A DNA stretch of 64,000 bases from a virus. The DNA lies in IMG/VR virus record IMGVR_UViG_3300043449_000492, positions 32,001 through 96,000 of that record. One strand, 5' to 3'. Below are positions 32,514-42,086 of the stretch, piece after piece (position 1 is the stretch's first letter; every line of letters starts with the position of its first letter). The position numbers and the translations under genes are program-made. Under the pieces are notes generated by a model that was not told the DNA's origin, searched no databases, and saw nothing but the letters and a program-made list of their open reading frames with translations.

Positions 32514-33839
32514 ATGCCTCAGAAACTTATAAACATCGGTACAGAACCAAATGACGGCAATGGCGACACGCTTAGAGGAGCGTTTGCTAATACGAACAAT
32601 AACTTCGTAGAGTTGTATGGTCTTCTTAGCGGAACTTTTTCTCAAGCAGAATATGCCGCAACACTAGCAAATGCGGCATATAGTTATTCTAATGCCGTAT
32701 ATAGCAACTTTACCGACGTTTTCAATAGTGCTAATCTAGCACTAGATCAGTCAAACACGGCAATCCTACGACTAGGAACTGCCAATCTTGCTTATGATAC
32801 TGCCAATCTTGCATACATGATGGCAAATAATTCTATATCAGCATTCATTGCAGCTAACAACGCTTCAAATACAGCTATTAGCTCTTTTAGATCAGCCAAT
32901 CTGTCTCTTACTAACTCAATTACTGCATCTAGGCTTTCAAATACTGCATCAATAACTGCCAATGCTGCTTTTGAAGCTGCAAATTCTGCTTTACTTTCAT
33001 CACCTGTTCCAGCTTTTGATCAAGCTAATGCGTCTTATACTTTAGCTTCATTTGCACTTAACAACTCTGTGCAAGCAACAAATGATGCCATGGTTGCACA
33101 TGATAAAGCAAATGCAGCTTATACCGCAGCAAACGATGCTTTTGGATTGGCAACGTCTTCATACAATTATGCTAATGACACATACATCGTTGCTGATGCT
33201 GCAGGATATGTTGCAGATTTATCATTTGATAAAGCCAATCTAGCATTTGAATATGCAAATATTTCTCTTGCTCAAATCAATTCAGCTTTTGAGTTTGCTA
33301 ATAGTTCTTATAACACTGCTAATCTTTCCGGAGTCATAGCGGGTCTCGCTTTTGATAAAGCAAATTCCGCATTTGAGTCATCTTCTGTTCCTGCATATAA
33401 TACAGCCAATGCGGCATACTCTCAGGCTAACTTAGCATTTTCTGCTGCTAATGATGGCACTAATATTGCTATCTCAGCATTCAATAAAGCTAATGTTGCA
33501 GCTTATGATGTTGGAGGTTTTGTTACTGGTGTCACCTTAGCAAGCGAAAGAATCTTTCAATTTAATGTTGTTAGAGACTTTATGATTGCTGCAAATTGTT
33601 CAGGTTCTAGAGGTAATACCACAAATACTGCAACAGCAACGTCAATTTTTACAATTAGCAAGAACACCTCAAATGTTGGAATTATGATTTTTGATACTGG
33701 AGCGATTTCTGCAACATTCAATACATCAGGAAACATTCTCTACATGAATGTAGGAGACTACTTGTCTGTTACTGCTCCAGAGTCACCAGATGCCACATTG
33801 TCCGACTTCTCGTTCACATTCAAGGGAGTTCTAGTCTAA
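32514..33839 (+). CDS. Coiled-coil fibre (neck/whisker or tail-associated) with gp9/gp10-type N-terminal anchor
   Basis: 'INIGTEPNDGNGDTLRGAF..TNNNFVELY' N-terminus; long 'AFDKANSA'-type repeats; small beta C-terminal domain. Confidence 0.75.
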   Translation: MPQKLINIGTEPNDGNGDTLRGAFANTNNNFVELYGLLSGTFSQAEYAATLANAAYSYSNAVYSNFTDVFNSANLALDQSNTAILRLGTANLAYDTANLAYMMANNSISAFIAANNASNTAISSFRSANLSLTNSITASRLSNTASITANAAFEAANSALLSSPVPAFDQANASYTLASFALNNSVQATNDAMVAHDKANAAYTAANDAFGLATSSYNYANDTYIVADAAGYVADLSFDKANLAFEYANISLAQINSAFEFANSSYNTANLSGVIAGLAFDKANSAFESSSVPAYNTANAAYSQANLAFSAANDGTNIAISAFNKANVAAYDVGGFVTGVTLASERIFQFNVVRDFMIAANCSGSRGNTTNTATATSIFTISKNTSNVGIMIFDTGAISATFNTSGNILYMNVGDYLSVTAPESPDATLSDFSFTFKGVLV

Positions 33840-34924
33840 TGGCTCTTTTATTTTGGGACGGATTTGACTCATATAGTAATATGGCACAATTAGCCGCGGC
33901 ACGACCCTTTGTGAATCCTTATCTTTCACAACTAGGTTTCGTATTGAATCTCTATACAACTGGCGGCCGCTGGAATGGTGGTTATGTAGGATCTACTGGA
34001 AGTTCCTTTCAAGGAACGGGTATAATTGATATTAGTTCTTTTGCTACACCTACAGAAATGTATCAGGGAAGAGCAGTATATATCACACAAAATACAGCAA
34101 GTTTAACACAGATTTATGAAAATGCTGTTTTTGGATATATTTCTCCTGCAGTGTGTATTTCTGTTAATAACGGCGTAGTTAGTGCATGGAGAGGATATTC
34201 TACCGCTAACTATCTGATAGGAGCATCCGCCGCAGTATTTAATCTTAACACTTGGAACTTTATTGAGACAAGAACCAAAATATCATCTTCTGCTTCTACT
34301 GCTGATGGCATAGTTGAAGTTTGGCTAAACAATAGAAAAATTATTAGTAATACTTCTTGCGTGACTAAAACATCAAATTCTTCCACATATTACAATGGCG
34401 TTAACATCAGTCAAGTAGAAGGAAACCTGGGTGGTAGAACAGATGATATCTATGTTCTAGACACAACTGGTCCTGCTCCATGGAACGAGAGACTGGGTGA
34501 TTGTCGCATTGCATCTATAACTGTAACCTCTGATGCTGGTCCTAATGAAGGCACAACATCAACAGGCAATAATTCACATTATACTGTTGTTGATGAGATA
34601 ATAGCTAACAATTCCGATTATATACTTTTTAGTGCTGAACAATCTGGTTTAGGCGAAATGTTTACACATTCAAGTCTACCTAATACAAATGCATTTTCCA
34701 TTCTAGCAACTTCTATAATAGTTTCAGCCGCTAAGACAGATGCAGGAAATGCTACATTTAAAATTGCAATGAAGTCTGGAGCATCCACGTATAATTCAAC
34801 TACACAATATATGTCTACTTCTAATACTAAATATAGACAGGATTGGACAACAAATCCTGCCACAAGTATTCAATGGACGCTAGAGGAATGGGCCAATGCC
34901 AATGTTGGTTTTTACGTAGTTTAA
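33839..34924 (+). CDS. Lectin/ConA-like virion protein, paralogue 1 of 3
   Basis: 'MALLFWDGFD', 'WNFIE...GIVEVWLN', 'DDIYVLDTTG...RLGD' and C-terminal 'NPATSIQWT'. Confidence 0.7.
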   Translation: MALLFWDGFDSYSNMAQLAAARPFVNPYLSQLGFVLNLYTTGGRWNGGYVGSTGSSFQGTGIIDISSFATPTEMYQGRAVYITQNTASLTQIYENAVFGYISPAVCISVNNGVVSAWRGYSTANYLIGASAAVFNLNTWNFIETRTKISSSASTADGIVEVWLNNRKIISNTSCVTKTSNSSTYYNGVNISQVEGNLGGRTDDIYVLDTTGPAPWNERLGDCRIASITVTSDAGPNEGTTSTGNNSHYTVVDEIIANNSDYILFSAEQSGLGEMFTHSSLPNTNAFSILATSIIVSAAKTDAGNATFKIAMKSGASTYNSTTQYMSTSNTKYRQDWTTNPATSIQWTLEEWANANVGFYVV

Positions 34925-34933
34925 GGAAACAAG

Positions 34934-35983
34934 ATGGCACTTATTATATGGGACGGTCTAGATCCATACGCCTCATTAGCAGAGTTTAGAAACTGTCAGC
35001 CAAGAGTATTGACTGGAACGTCAGAGGTTTTTCAGACTACGAGCGGCCGCTTCAATGGCTGTCGTTTATATGTTGATGGCAATACTAATGATGCTTTTAA
35101 GGTAGATATTTCTGATATAAACGCTAGTCAGATATGGACAGGACGAGCAAGTTATCATCAATCAGCATATTCAGCAACAAATGTTCTTCTCTTTGTAGCT
35201 AGAAGCAATACAGGTATCGAAGCTAGTGTTACAGCAGATTCCGATGGAACCGTTAAAGTTTACAAAGGTGATAGAGGAACTTTAATTGCTAACTCTGCTT
35301 CTGGTGTATTTTTAAGAGACCAATGGACATGGCTTGATATTTTTTATAACATGGACGCCACCACAGGAGGTGTGGAAGTCTGGATCAATAACAGTCGTGT
35401 CGTCAATCTAACAAATGCTAATACAAAAAATTTTGGCAACATTTCAAACAATGTTATTAACTCTGTCACAATTGCGACCAATCAATACGGATCTAGCGAC
35501 GACTTTTATATTCTAAATACAACTGGTTCTGCTCCATGGAATACAAGACTTGGTGATTCCCGAGTTGTTAATTTAATTCCAATTACAGATTTTGGAGCTA
35601 ATTCTGGTACGCCATCAACAGGCACAGCACACTATGCAGTTATAGATGATTCTAGAGGTACAACAGATTATCTTAGTATACCAGTCACTAATGGAACAAG
35701 CATCGAAAGATTTGTCAAAAATACATCACCATTGGGAGCAAATGCTACTATTTTAGCAGTAGGACCCTATAATTATAGTAGAAAATCTGATGCTGGTATA
35801 GCTAATTTAAGATCATTGATTATTAACAATAGTTCAGGATATTTTATAAATGGCAATTTACAAATAACGTCTACCTCTTGGCAACCTTATGTCGATTTCT
35901 ACACAACAAATCCTGAGACTGGTACTCAATGGACATACGATACACTATCTACTAATCACATTGCATTAGTCGTTACTAAATAA
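34934..35983 (+). CDS. Lectin/ConA-like virion protein, paralogue 2 of 3
   Basis: 'MALIIWDGLD', 'GGVEVWIN', 'DDFYILNTTG...RLGD' and 'NPETGTQWT'. Confidence 0.7.
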   Translation: MALIIWDGLDPYASLAEFRNCQPRVLTGTSEVFQTTSGRFNGCRLYVDGNTNDAFKVDISDINASQIWTGRASYHQSAYSATNVLLFVARSNTGIEASVTADSDGTVKVYKGDRGTLIANSASGVFLRDQWTWLDIFYNMDATTGGVEVWINNSRVVNLTNANTKNFGNISNNVINSVTIATNQYGSSDDFYILNTTGSAPWNTRLGDSRVVNLIPITDFGANSGTPSTGTAHYAVIDDSRGTTDYLSIPVTNGTSIERFVKNTSPLGANATILAVGPYNYSRKSDAGIANLRSLIINNSSGYFINGNLQITSTSWQPYVDFYTTNPETGTQWTYDTLSTNHIALVVTK

Positions 35984-35993
35984 GGAAATAAAA

Positions 35994-37139
35994 ATGGCAC
36001 TTCTATTCTGGGAAGGTTTCGATTCAATCACTACGTGGCAAGAAATGTTTAGTATGATTCCAAACTTTGTAACCACCTGGGATCTCAGTCAGGGAGGCGC
36101 CACCATTGCAACTAACTGGTCCAGCACTTCAGGACGATATGGCGGTGGTTCAACATATCCCGGGGTCGCCGACGGATGGGGAAGAATTTATCTTTCTTCC
36201 ATTCCATCGGAGGTATATACAGGCCGTGCAATCTATTTGGGAATAACAGCCGCAGGTCCAGTCTGCGGCATCGTGTGTTTCTGGGGCAACGATAAAAATA
36301 ATGCTGGTTATAGTCAAGACGGACCTGCTCCAGACATTTGGCTTGAACATGCTGGAGCAGGTGTCCTCAGAGTATATAACTCTACGAATGGTGCCAGCTG
36401 GAGTTCCTCACGTTATGGAGCCGGCAGCGGTGTATTAATCGGCACGACGCCCGCTGGTACATTCAGACCTTATAGTTGGCAATGGATCGAAGTAAGATGT
36501 AAAATGTCTTCAAGCAATACTACAAATGATGGTATTGTGGAAGTATGGCTTAACGGTACTAAAATCATTAGTAATACTTCTTGTATCACTAAATCAAACA
36601 ATGCTGCGACAGGCTATTTTGGTGTTAATACTAACTCATCTTATGGAGGAGCGACTGATGACATTTATGTTACCGATACTACGGGAGCAGCTCCATGGAA
36701 TGGTAGACTTGGTGATGTAAGAATCACTACGGCTGTTCCTAATTGGGACGTTGGAGCAAACTCTGGTACTCCTTCGACAGGAACATCACATTGGGCTGTC
36801 GTTGATGAAACTTCCTATAATACAACTGACTATCTTATTATTCCAAATGTTGTTACAAATACAGAGCGTTTTTATCATACTAGATTGCCTACACCAGCAG
36901 CTAACATATTTGCAATCAATCCCAATATATATGCTCTTAAGTCTGACGCAGGTGTAGCAAACATTCAGCCGATCATTGTTGCCAATGCTTCTGGTTACTA
37001 TACAAATGCTAATACGATTGTATTGACTACATCTTATCTCAGATATAAGGATTCTATCACAGTCAATCCTGAAACTGGACTTCCATGGACCGATACAGAG
37101 TTTACTAATACTCAAATCGGAGTTGTTGTAGTAGCATGA
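35994..37139 (+). CDS. Lectin/ConA-like virion protein, paralogue 3 of 3
   Basis: 'MALLFWEGFD', 'GIVEVWLN', 'DDIYVTDTTG...RLGD' and 'NPETGLPWT'. Confidence 0.7.
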   Translation: MALLFWEGFDSITTWQEMFSMIPNFVTTWDLSQGGATIATNWSSTSGRYGGGSTYPGVADGWGRIYLSSIPSEVYTGRAIYLGITAAGPVCGIVCFWGNDKNNAGYSQDGPAPDIWLEHAGAGVLRVYNSTNGASWSSSRYGAGSGVLIGTTPAGTFRPYSWQWIEVRCKMSSSNTTNDGIVEVWLNGTKIISNTSCITKSNNAATGYFGVNTNSSYGGATDDIYVTDTTGAAPWNGRLGDVRITTAVPNWDVGANSGTPSTGTSHWAVVDETSYNTTDYLIIPNVVTNTERFYHTRLPTPAANIFAINPNIYALKSDAGVANIQPIIVANASGYYTNANTIVLTTSYLRYKDSITVNPETGLPWTDTEFTNTQIGVVVVA

Positions 37140-37435
37140 CCACTGCTAATGTTACGGTTGTTCAAACAGAAGTTCTTTATGAACCAACTCCTGCTGATAT
37201 TAGAGTAACTTCTACAACTAATGAGGTTCTATATGAACCTTCTAATGTAACTGTTAACGTCGCTTCTTTTGGCGTTCAGGTACTAATGAAGAATCCGTAT
37301 GAACAATTTCAGGCTATTAGCTCAGAAGTATTATATACTCCTACTAGTAATATTCAAGTTCAAACGGTTACTGTTGAAGTCCTTCTGAAGTTTGTTACTA
37401 ATAACCGTAGAAGACCAGTTTATGTTGCAGGATGA
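37136..37435 (+). CDS. Small protein of five tandem beta-strand repeats
   Basis: ANVTVVQTEVLY / IRVTSTTNEVLY / VNVASFGVQVLM / FQAISSEVLY / IQVQTVTVEVLL; ATGA overlap with the upstream gene. Confidence 0.8.
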   Translation: MTTANVTVVQTEVLYEPTPADIRVTSTTNEVLYEPSNVTVNVASFGVQVLMKNPYEQFQAISSEVLYTPTSNIQVQTVTVEVLLKFVTNNRRRPVYVAG

Positions 37436-37441
37436 TAAAAC

Positions 37442-37894
37442 ATGGGACTTGAAAAGAATCTATCAGATGCATTAGGCATCGAACATGCTCCAGTTGAGGT
37501 GAAAGAAGTGAAACAGGAAGTAATACCATATGAAGCTCCACAAGAGCTAACCGATGAAGATGAAGATTACATTCTAGTGAGAAAGACCCTTCGCAATCTA
37601 ATAGTAAAGGGAAACGACGCTATTGAAGAAATCGCCCAAATTGCTAGACAAAACGAAAGTGCAAGAGGTTTTGAGGTTGTTTCTAATCTCATCAAAACTG
37701 TTGGAGAAACGTCGAAAGACTTATACGCCTTACAGAAAACAAAGAAAGACCTAAAAGACCCTGATCCTGATTCTGATCCTCGTAGGAAGAATCCTGAAAG
37801 CATCAACGTGGAACAGGCTGTGTTTGTGGGTTCTGCTGCTGAGCTTTTGTCTGCGATAAAGAAGAACAAAGAAAATGGCTCGACTTCCTCATAG
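37442..37894 (+). CDS. gp16: Terminase small subunit
   Basis: 'DYILVRKTLRNLI', 'ARGFEVVSNLIK' and 'AVFVGSAAELL'; overlaps gp17. Confidence 0.9.
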   Translation: MGLEKNLSDALGIEHAPVEVKEVKQEVIPYEAPQELTDEDEDYILVRKTLRNLIVKGNDAIEEIAQIARQNESARGFEVVSNLIKTVGETSKDLYALQKTKKDLKDPDPDSDPRRKNPESINVEQAVFVGSAAELLSAIKKNKENGSTSS

Positions 37895-39551
37895 CTATCA
37901 AAGCAATCCAAACTTACCTAACGAGCAGTATCGTCACTCATTCACACAACATGAGTTGGATGAGTATATCAAATGTGCAGAAGATCCTGTTTATTTTGCT
38001 CGCAAATATATTCGTATCATCAACGTCGACCGCGGCTTGATTCCTTTTGATATGTGGGACTTCCAAGAGAAGATGCTTTCTACATTTCATGAGAATCGTT
38101 TCTCTATTTGTAAACTTCCCCGACAGGTCGGCAAGTCAACAACAAGCGTTGCATACATTCTTCATCAGGTATTATTTAACGAAAACTTTGTATGTGCTAT
38201 TCTGGCTAACCGTGCACCAACTGCTAGAGAACTACTAGGTAAACTTAAGCTCGCATTCGAGTATCTACCGATGTTTCTTAAACAAGGCATCAAAGAATGG
38301 AACAAGGGTTCAATCTATCTTGCTAATGGTTCAAGAGTTCTTGCAGACTCTACATCAGGTTCATCAGTTCGTGGTTTCTCGTTCAACTTAATCTTTCTAG
38401 ACGAGTTTGCGTTCGTACCAAACAACATTGCCGAAGAGTTTTTCAATTCAACTTATCCTACCATTTCATCTGGTAAGACTTCTAAAGTTGTTATCGTCTC
38501 GACACCAAACGGCATGAACTTGTTCTATAAGATGTGGACAAAAGCAGTTGATAAGACGAGCGATTATAGGCCCATCGAGATTCATTGGTCTATGGTACCT
38601 GGAAGAGACTCGGCATGGGCAGAAGAAACGATCAGAAACACTTCGCAAAGACAGTTCGATCAGGAGTTTGGTTGCGAGTTCTTAGGATCATCCAATACAC
38701 TAATCAATGGTTCTAAGCTTGCTGCACTACATTGGAAAGAGCCTGTTCGTCGTATGGAATGTATGGACGTATTTGAGGAACCTATTCATAAGCATACATA
38801 CGTTCTCACAGTAGACGTTTCAGAAGGTCAAAGTCTTGACTATTCAGCATTCTCTGTGTTTGACGTTACGGAAATCCCATATCGACAGGTAGCTAAATAT
38901 AAAAACAACGAGATAAGTCCTATGCTTCTACCAGCAGTTGTTTATTCTGCGGCAAGAAAGTATAACGACGCTTTTGTTCTAGTGGAAATCAATTCTATCG
39001 GTTTGCAAGTCGCTGACATTCTACATCATGAATTAGCATATGAGAATCTTTTAAAGTTTCAGCAAAAAGGTAAACAAGGAACACAAGTATCTGGAGGCTT
39101 TGCTGCTGGTAAGAACAAGCTAGCCTTCGGTCTTAAAATCACGCCTCAGTCGAAGATGATTGGGTGTTCTAATCTTAAGACTCTAATTGAGAACGATAAG
39201 CTTATTCTCAATGACGAAGATACAATTACTGAGTTATTTTCTTTTGCTGCCGATAAAAAGTCATTTAGAGCAGAAGAAGGAGCTAACGACGATCTAGCAA
39301 TGACACTAGTTCACTTTGGTTGGCTCACCGCACAAAAATTATTTAAAGAAACCGTTTCTAACGATATTCGTTATGCATTGCAAAAAGAACAAGCATATCT
39401 ACAAGATGTTGACAATGTTCCTTTTGGATTTATAGACAACGGCCTGAATGATGACGTGGAACAAGATGCTGATGGTGATTTATGGACGAGAGATAGAGAA
39501 AAACACTATCCTTTTGATGACCTTGGATATGACTGGCTAGCCAGACTTTGA
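37875..39551 (+). CDS. gp17: Terminase large subunit
   Basis: Walker A 'PRQVGKST', Walker B 'IFLDEFAF', 'STPNG', nuclease 'VDVSEG...DYS' and 'DDLAM'. Confidence 0.97.
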   Translation: MARLPHSYQSNPNLPNEQYRHSFTQHELDEYIKCAEDPVYFARKYIRIINVDRGLIPFDMWDFQEKMLSTFHENRFSICKLPRQVGKSTTSVAYILHQVLFNENFVCAILANRAPTARELLGKLKLAFEYLPMFLKQGIKEWNKGSIYLANGSRVLADSTSGSSVRGFSFNLIFLDEFAFVPNNIAEEFFNSTYPTISSGKTSKVVIVSTPNGMNLFYKMWTKAVDKTSDYRPIEIHWSMVPGRDSAWAEETIRNTSQRQFDQEFGCEFLGSSNTLINGSKLAALHWKEPVRRMECMDVFEEPIHKHTYVLTVDVSEGQSLDYSAFSVFDVTEIPYRQVAKYKNNEISPMLLPAVVYSAARKYNDAFVLVEINSIGLQVADILHHELAYENLLKFQQKGKQGTQVSGGFAAGKNKLAFGLKITPQSKMIGCSNLKTLIENDKLILNDEDTITELFSFAADKKSFRAEEGANDDLAMTLVHFGWLTAQKLFKETVSNDIRYALQKEQAYLQDVDNVPFGFIDNGLNDDVEQDADGDLWTRDREKHYPFDDLGYDWLARL

Positions 39552-39624
39552 GTTCTAAAAGTCGCAAAACAATAAATAAGGTGTAATGGAAGAAATCCCA
39601 TTTCAACCTACAAAGGAGTAAAAG

Positions 39625-41355
39625 ATGGCCTATCAATTATCCCCAGGAGTAAGATGGTCTGAAATCGATCTAACAACAATCATTCCATCAGTATCGACTA
39701 CTGAAGGGGCGTTTGTTGGTGATTTTGCATGGGGACCAATCAACGAAGTGTTTGCCGTAGGTAGTGAACTTGAGCTAGTTCGTTATTTTCATAGACCAAC
39801 AGCAGATACATTCAAGTCATGGTTCACAGCTGCTAACTACCTATCTTATGCCGAATCACTTAAGCTGGTTCGTGTCGCTAACACCAATGTTTCACGCAAT
39901 GCAACATCTGGCGCACAAGCAATTCTAATCACAAATGATGATGACTACACAACAAACTATGCTGATCTTTCTGCAGGTCTTAATTATGGTATGTTTGCTG
40001 CCAAGTATGCAGGAGCACTAGGCAATAGCATTAAAGTTTCGATGTTCGCCGATTCAAGTAACTTAGCTTCTTATGGAACATGGGAATATTATCTAGAGTT
40101 CGATGCTATTCCTGGAACATCAAACTGGGTTGGTTCACGTGGCGGTGCCAATGACGAAATGCATGTCATTGTTATCGACTCACTAGGTTCAATCACAGGC
40201 ATTGCAAATACTGTTCTAGAAAAGTTCTCATTCGTCTCTAAGGCATCTGATGCAAAGACAGACGACGGTTCTTCAAACTACTATCTCAATGTTCTAAATG
40301 ATCGTTCAGAATTTATTCGTGTTCTTAATCATGGTCTTAGCGGAAGCAATACAGATACATCTACATGGGGTTCTGTATCACCTGGTGTAAGCTTTACTCA
40401 AAATACAGCATCATATACATCAACGCTTTCTGGTGGTGTTCTATCACTTGCTACTGATGCAGATATTGCACTTGGTTACGATCTATTTAAAGATCCTGAA
40501 GAGTGGGATATTTCTTTAATCATGACTGGTGCTCATTCACAGACAGTTGCCGAACACGTTATTGAAAATGTTGCCGGCGGCACATCTGCTAATCCTGATA
40601 CTGGGCGTCGTGACTGCGTAGTCTTCGTATCACCTGATATGAGCGACGTTGTTGATAATGCAGGATCAGAAGCAAATGATATTGTCACTAAGAGAAATCT
40701 ATTCAACTCATCTTCTTACGTTGTCTTTGACTCAGGTTGGAAGAAGCAGTTTGACAAGTATAACAATGTCTATCGTTGGATTCCTCTCAATGCTGACATT
40801 GCAGGTCTTTGTGCCCGCACAGACTTTGAGCGTGATCCGTGGTTCTCACCAGCAGGTCTAAATCGTGGTCACATCAAGAATGTCGTCAAGCTTTCTTGGA
40901 ATCCAGGTAAAGATGATCGGGATACACTCTATAAGAACGGAATTAACCCAGTTGTTAACTTCCGTGGCGAAGGCGTAGTTCTATATGGCGATAAGACCAT
41001 GTTGACAAAGCCTTCAGCATTTGATCGTATCAATGTTCGTCGTCTATTCATTGTTCTCGAAAAGGCAATCTCTAAGGCTGCTAAGTATTCACTATTCGAG
41101 TTCAACGATGAATTTACAAGAGCCCAGTTCGTTGCTCTAGTTGAACCATATCTTCGTGACGTTAAGGGTCGTCGTGGTATCTACGACTTCCGTGTTGTTT
41201 GTGACGAAACAAACAATACACCTGAGGTCATTGATAGAAATGAGTTTGTCGGAGACATTTATATTAAGCCTGCTAGAAGCATCAACTTCATTCAGCTTAA
41301 CTTCGTCGCAGTTAGAACCGGCGTAGCGTTCTCAGAAGTAGTTGGACGTTTCTAA
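39625..41355 (+). CDS. gp18: Tail sheath protein
   Basis: 'QLSPGV..SEIDLT', 'WFSPAGLNRG', 'FDRINVRRLF' and 'IKPARSINFIQLNFVA'. Confidence 0.97.
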   Translation: MAYQLSPGVRWSEIDLTTIIPSVSTTEGAFVGDFAWGPINEVFAVGSELELVRYFHRPTADTFKSWFTAANYLSYAESLKLVRVANTNVSRNATSGAQAILITNDDDYTTNYADLSAGLNYGMFAAKYAGALGNSIKVSMFADSSNLASYGTWEYYLEFDAIPGTSNWVGSRGGANDEMHVIVIDSLGSITGIANTVLEKFSFVSKASDAKTDDGSSNYYLNVLNDRSEFIRVLNHGLSGSNTDTSTWGSVSPGVSFTQNTASYTSTLSGGVLSLATDADIALGYDLFKDPEEWDISLIMTGAHSQTVAEHVIENVAGGTSANPDTGRRDCVVFVSPDMSDVVDNAGSEANDIVTKRNLFNSSSYVVFDSGWKKQFDKYNNVYRWIPLNADIAGLCARTDFERDPWFSPAGLNRGHIKNVVKLSWNPGKDDRDTLYKNGINPVVNFRGEGVVLYGDKTMLTKPSAFDRINVRRLFIVLEKAISKAAKYSLFEFNDEFTRAQFVALVEPYLRDVKGRRGIYDFRVVCDETNNTPEVIDRNEFVGDIYIKPARSINFIQLNFVAVRTGVAFSEVVGRF

Positions 41356-41366
41356 TCTAATCAGTG

Positions 41367-41395
41367 TGTGGAGGGAAAATCTTGATCCCTCCACA
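41367..41395 (+). terminator. 10-bp stem-loop between gp18 and gp19 (terminator or processing site), abutting a late promoter
   Basis: TGTGGAGGGA (41367-76) pairs with TCCCTCCACA (41386-95); no clear U-tract. Confidence 0.5.
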
Positions 41396-41396
41396 T

Positions 41397-41404
41397 TATA
41401 AATA
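41397..41404 (+). promoter_or_regulatory. T4-type late promoter TATAAATA upstream of gp19
   Basis: Exact consensus, 24 nt upstream of the ATG; gp55 is encoded in the window. Confidence 0.85.
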
Positions 41405-41428
41405 GTTCCATATAGGAGAAAACTTAAA

Positions 41429-42028
41429 ATGGCTTTTAATGTTCAAGATTTTAGAGCAAGCTTAGTAAGAGATGGAGCTAGAGCAAGCCTTTTCGATGTT
41501 CAGTTGACATTTCCTCTAGCAGTGGGTACAGGCGGATCAGCACCTGGTTCTTTCGGTACCGCTCAACAACAGGTTACTTTCAGAGCAAAGTCTACCTCAC
41601 TACCAGGTGATAGTGTTTCATCAATCGGAGTTAACTACTTTGGTCGTGAAATTAAAGTTGCTGGAACAAGATCATTCACAGATTGGTCTATTACAGTAAT
41701 TCAAGACGAAGACTTTACGCTACGCAATGCTTTTGAAAGATGGATGAGCGGTATCAACTCACACGTTGGTAACCTTCGTCTTCCTTCAATGCTTTCTGGT
41801 AGCGGCGGATATCAGCAGGATGCATTTGTAACCCAGTATGGTAAGACAGGTGATATCCTTAAGGTATATAAGCTTGTTGGTTGTTTCCCAACCGATGTGT
41901 CAGCTATCGACGTTGATTGGGGTGCAGATAATATTGAAGAATTTGCAGTAACATTCGCCTACCAGTGGTGGGAAGCAAGAGCTACTACAGATTCTACATC
42001 TTCTGCAAGCTCAATTCAGAACTTCTAA
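41429..42028 (+). CDS. gp19: Tail tube protein
   Basis: 'GAR..LFDV', 'YFGREIKVAG.RSF.DW.IT' and 'IEEFAVTFAYQWW'. Confidence 0.95.
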   Translation: MAFNVQDFRASLVRDGARASLFDVQLTFPLAVGTGGSAPGSFGTAQQQVTFRAKSTSLPGDSVSSIGVNYFGREIKVAGTRSFTDWSITVIQDEDFTLRNAFERWMSGINSHVGNLRLPSMLSGSGGYQQDAFVTQYGKTGDILKVYKLVGCFPTDVSAIDVDWGADNIEEFAVTFAYQWWEARATTDSTSSASSIQNF

Positions 42029-42038
42029 ATAATGTTAT

Positions 42039-42067
42039 AATCCACGGGATGCATAGTCCCGTGGATT
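42039..42067 (+). terminator. 11-bp perfect stem-loop between gp19 and gp20
   Basis: AATCCACGGGA-tgcatag-TCCCGTGGATT followed by CTC; weak U-tract. Confidence 0.55.
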
Positions 42068-42086
42068 CTCATAAAGGGAAAATATA

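Noticed and set aside
33839-37139. DGR or invertible shufflon generating the three paralogues
   Set aside because: All are co-oriented full genes with their own starts. No reverse transcriptase, invertase, inverted repeats or adenine-specific TR/VR pair was seen in the window.
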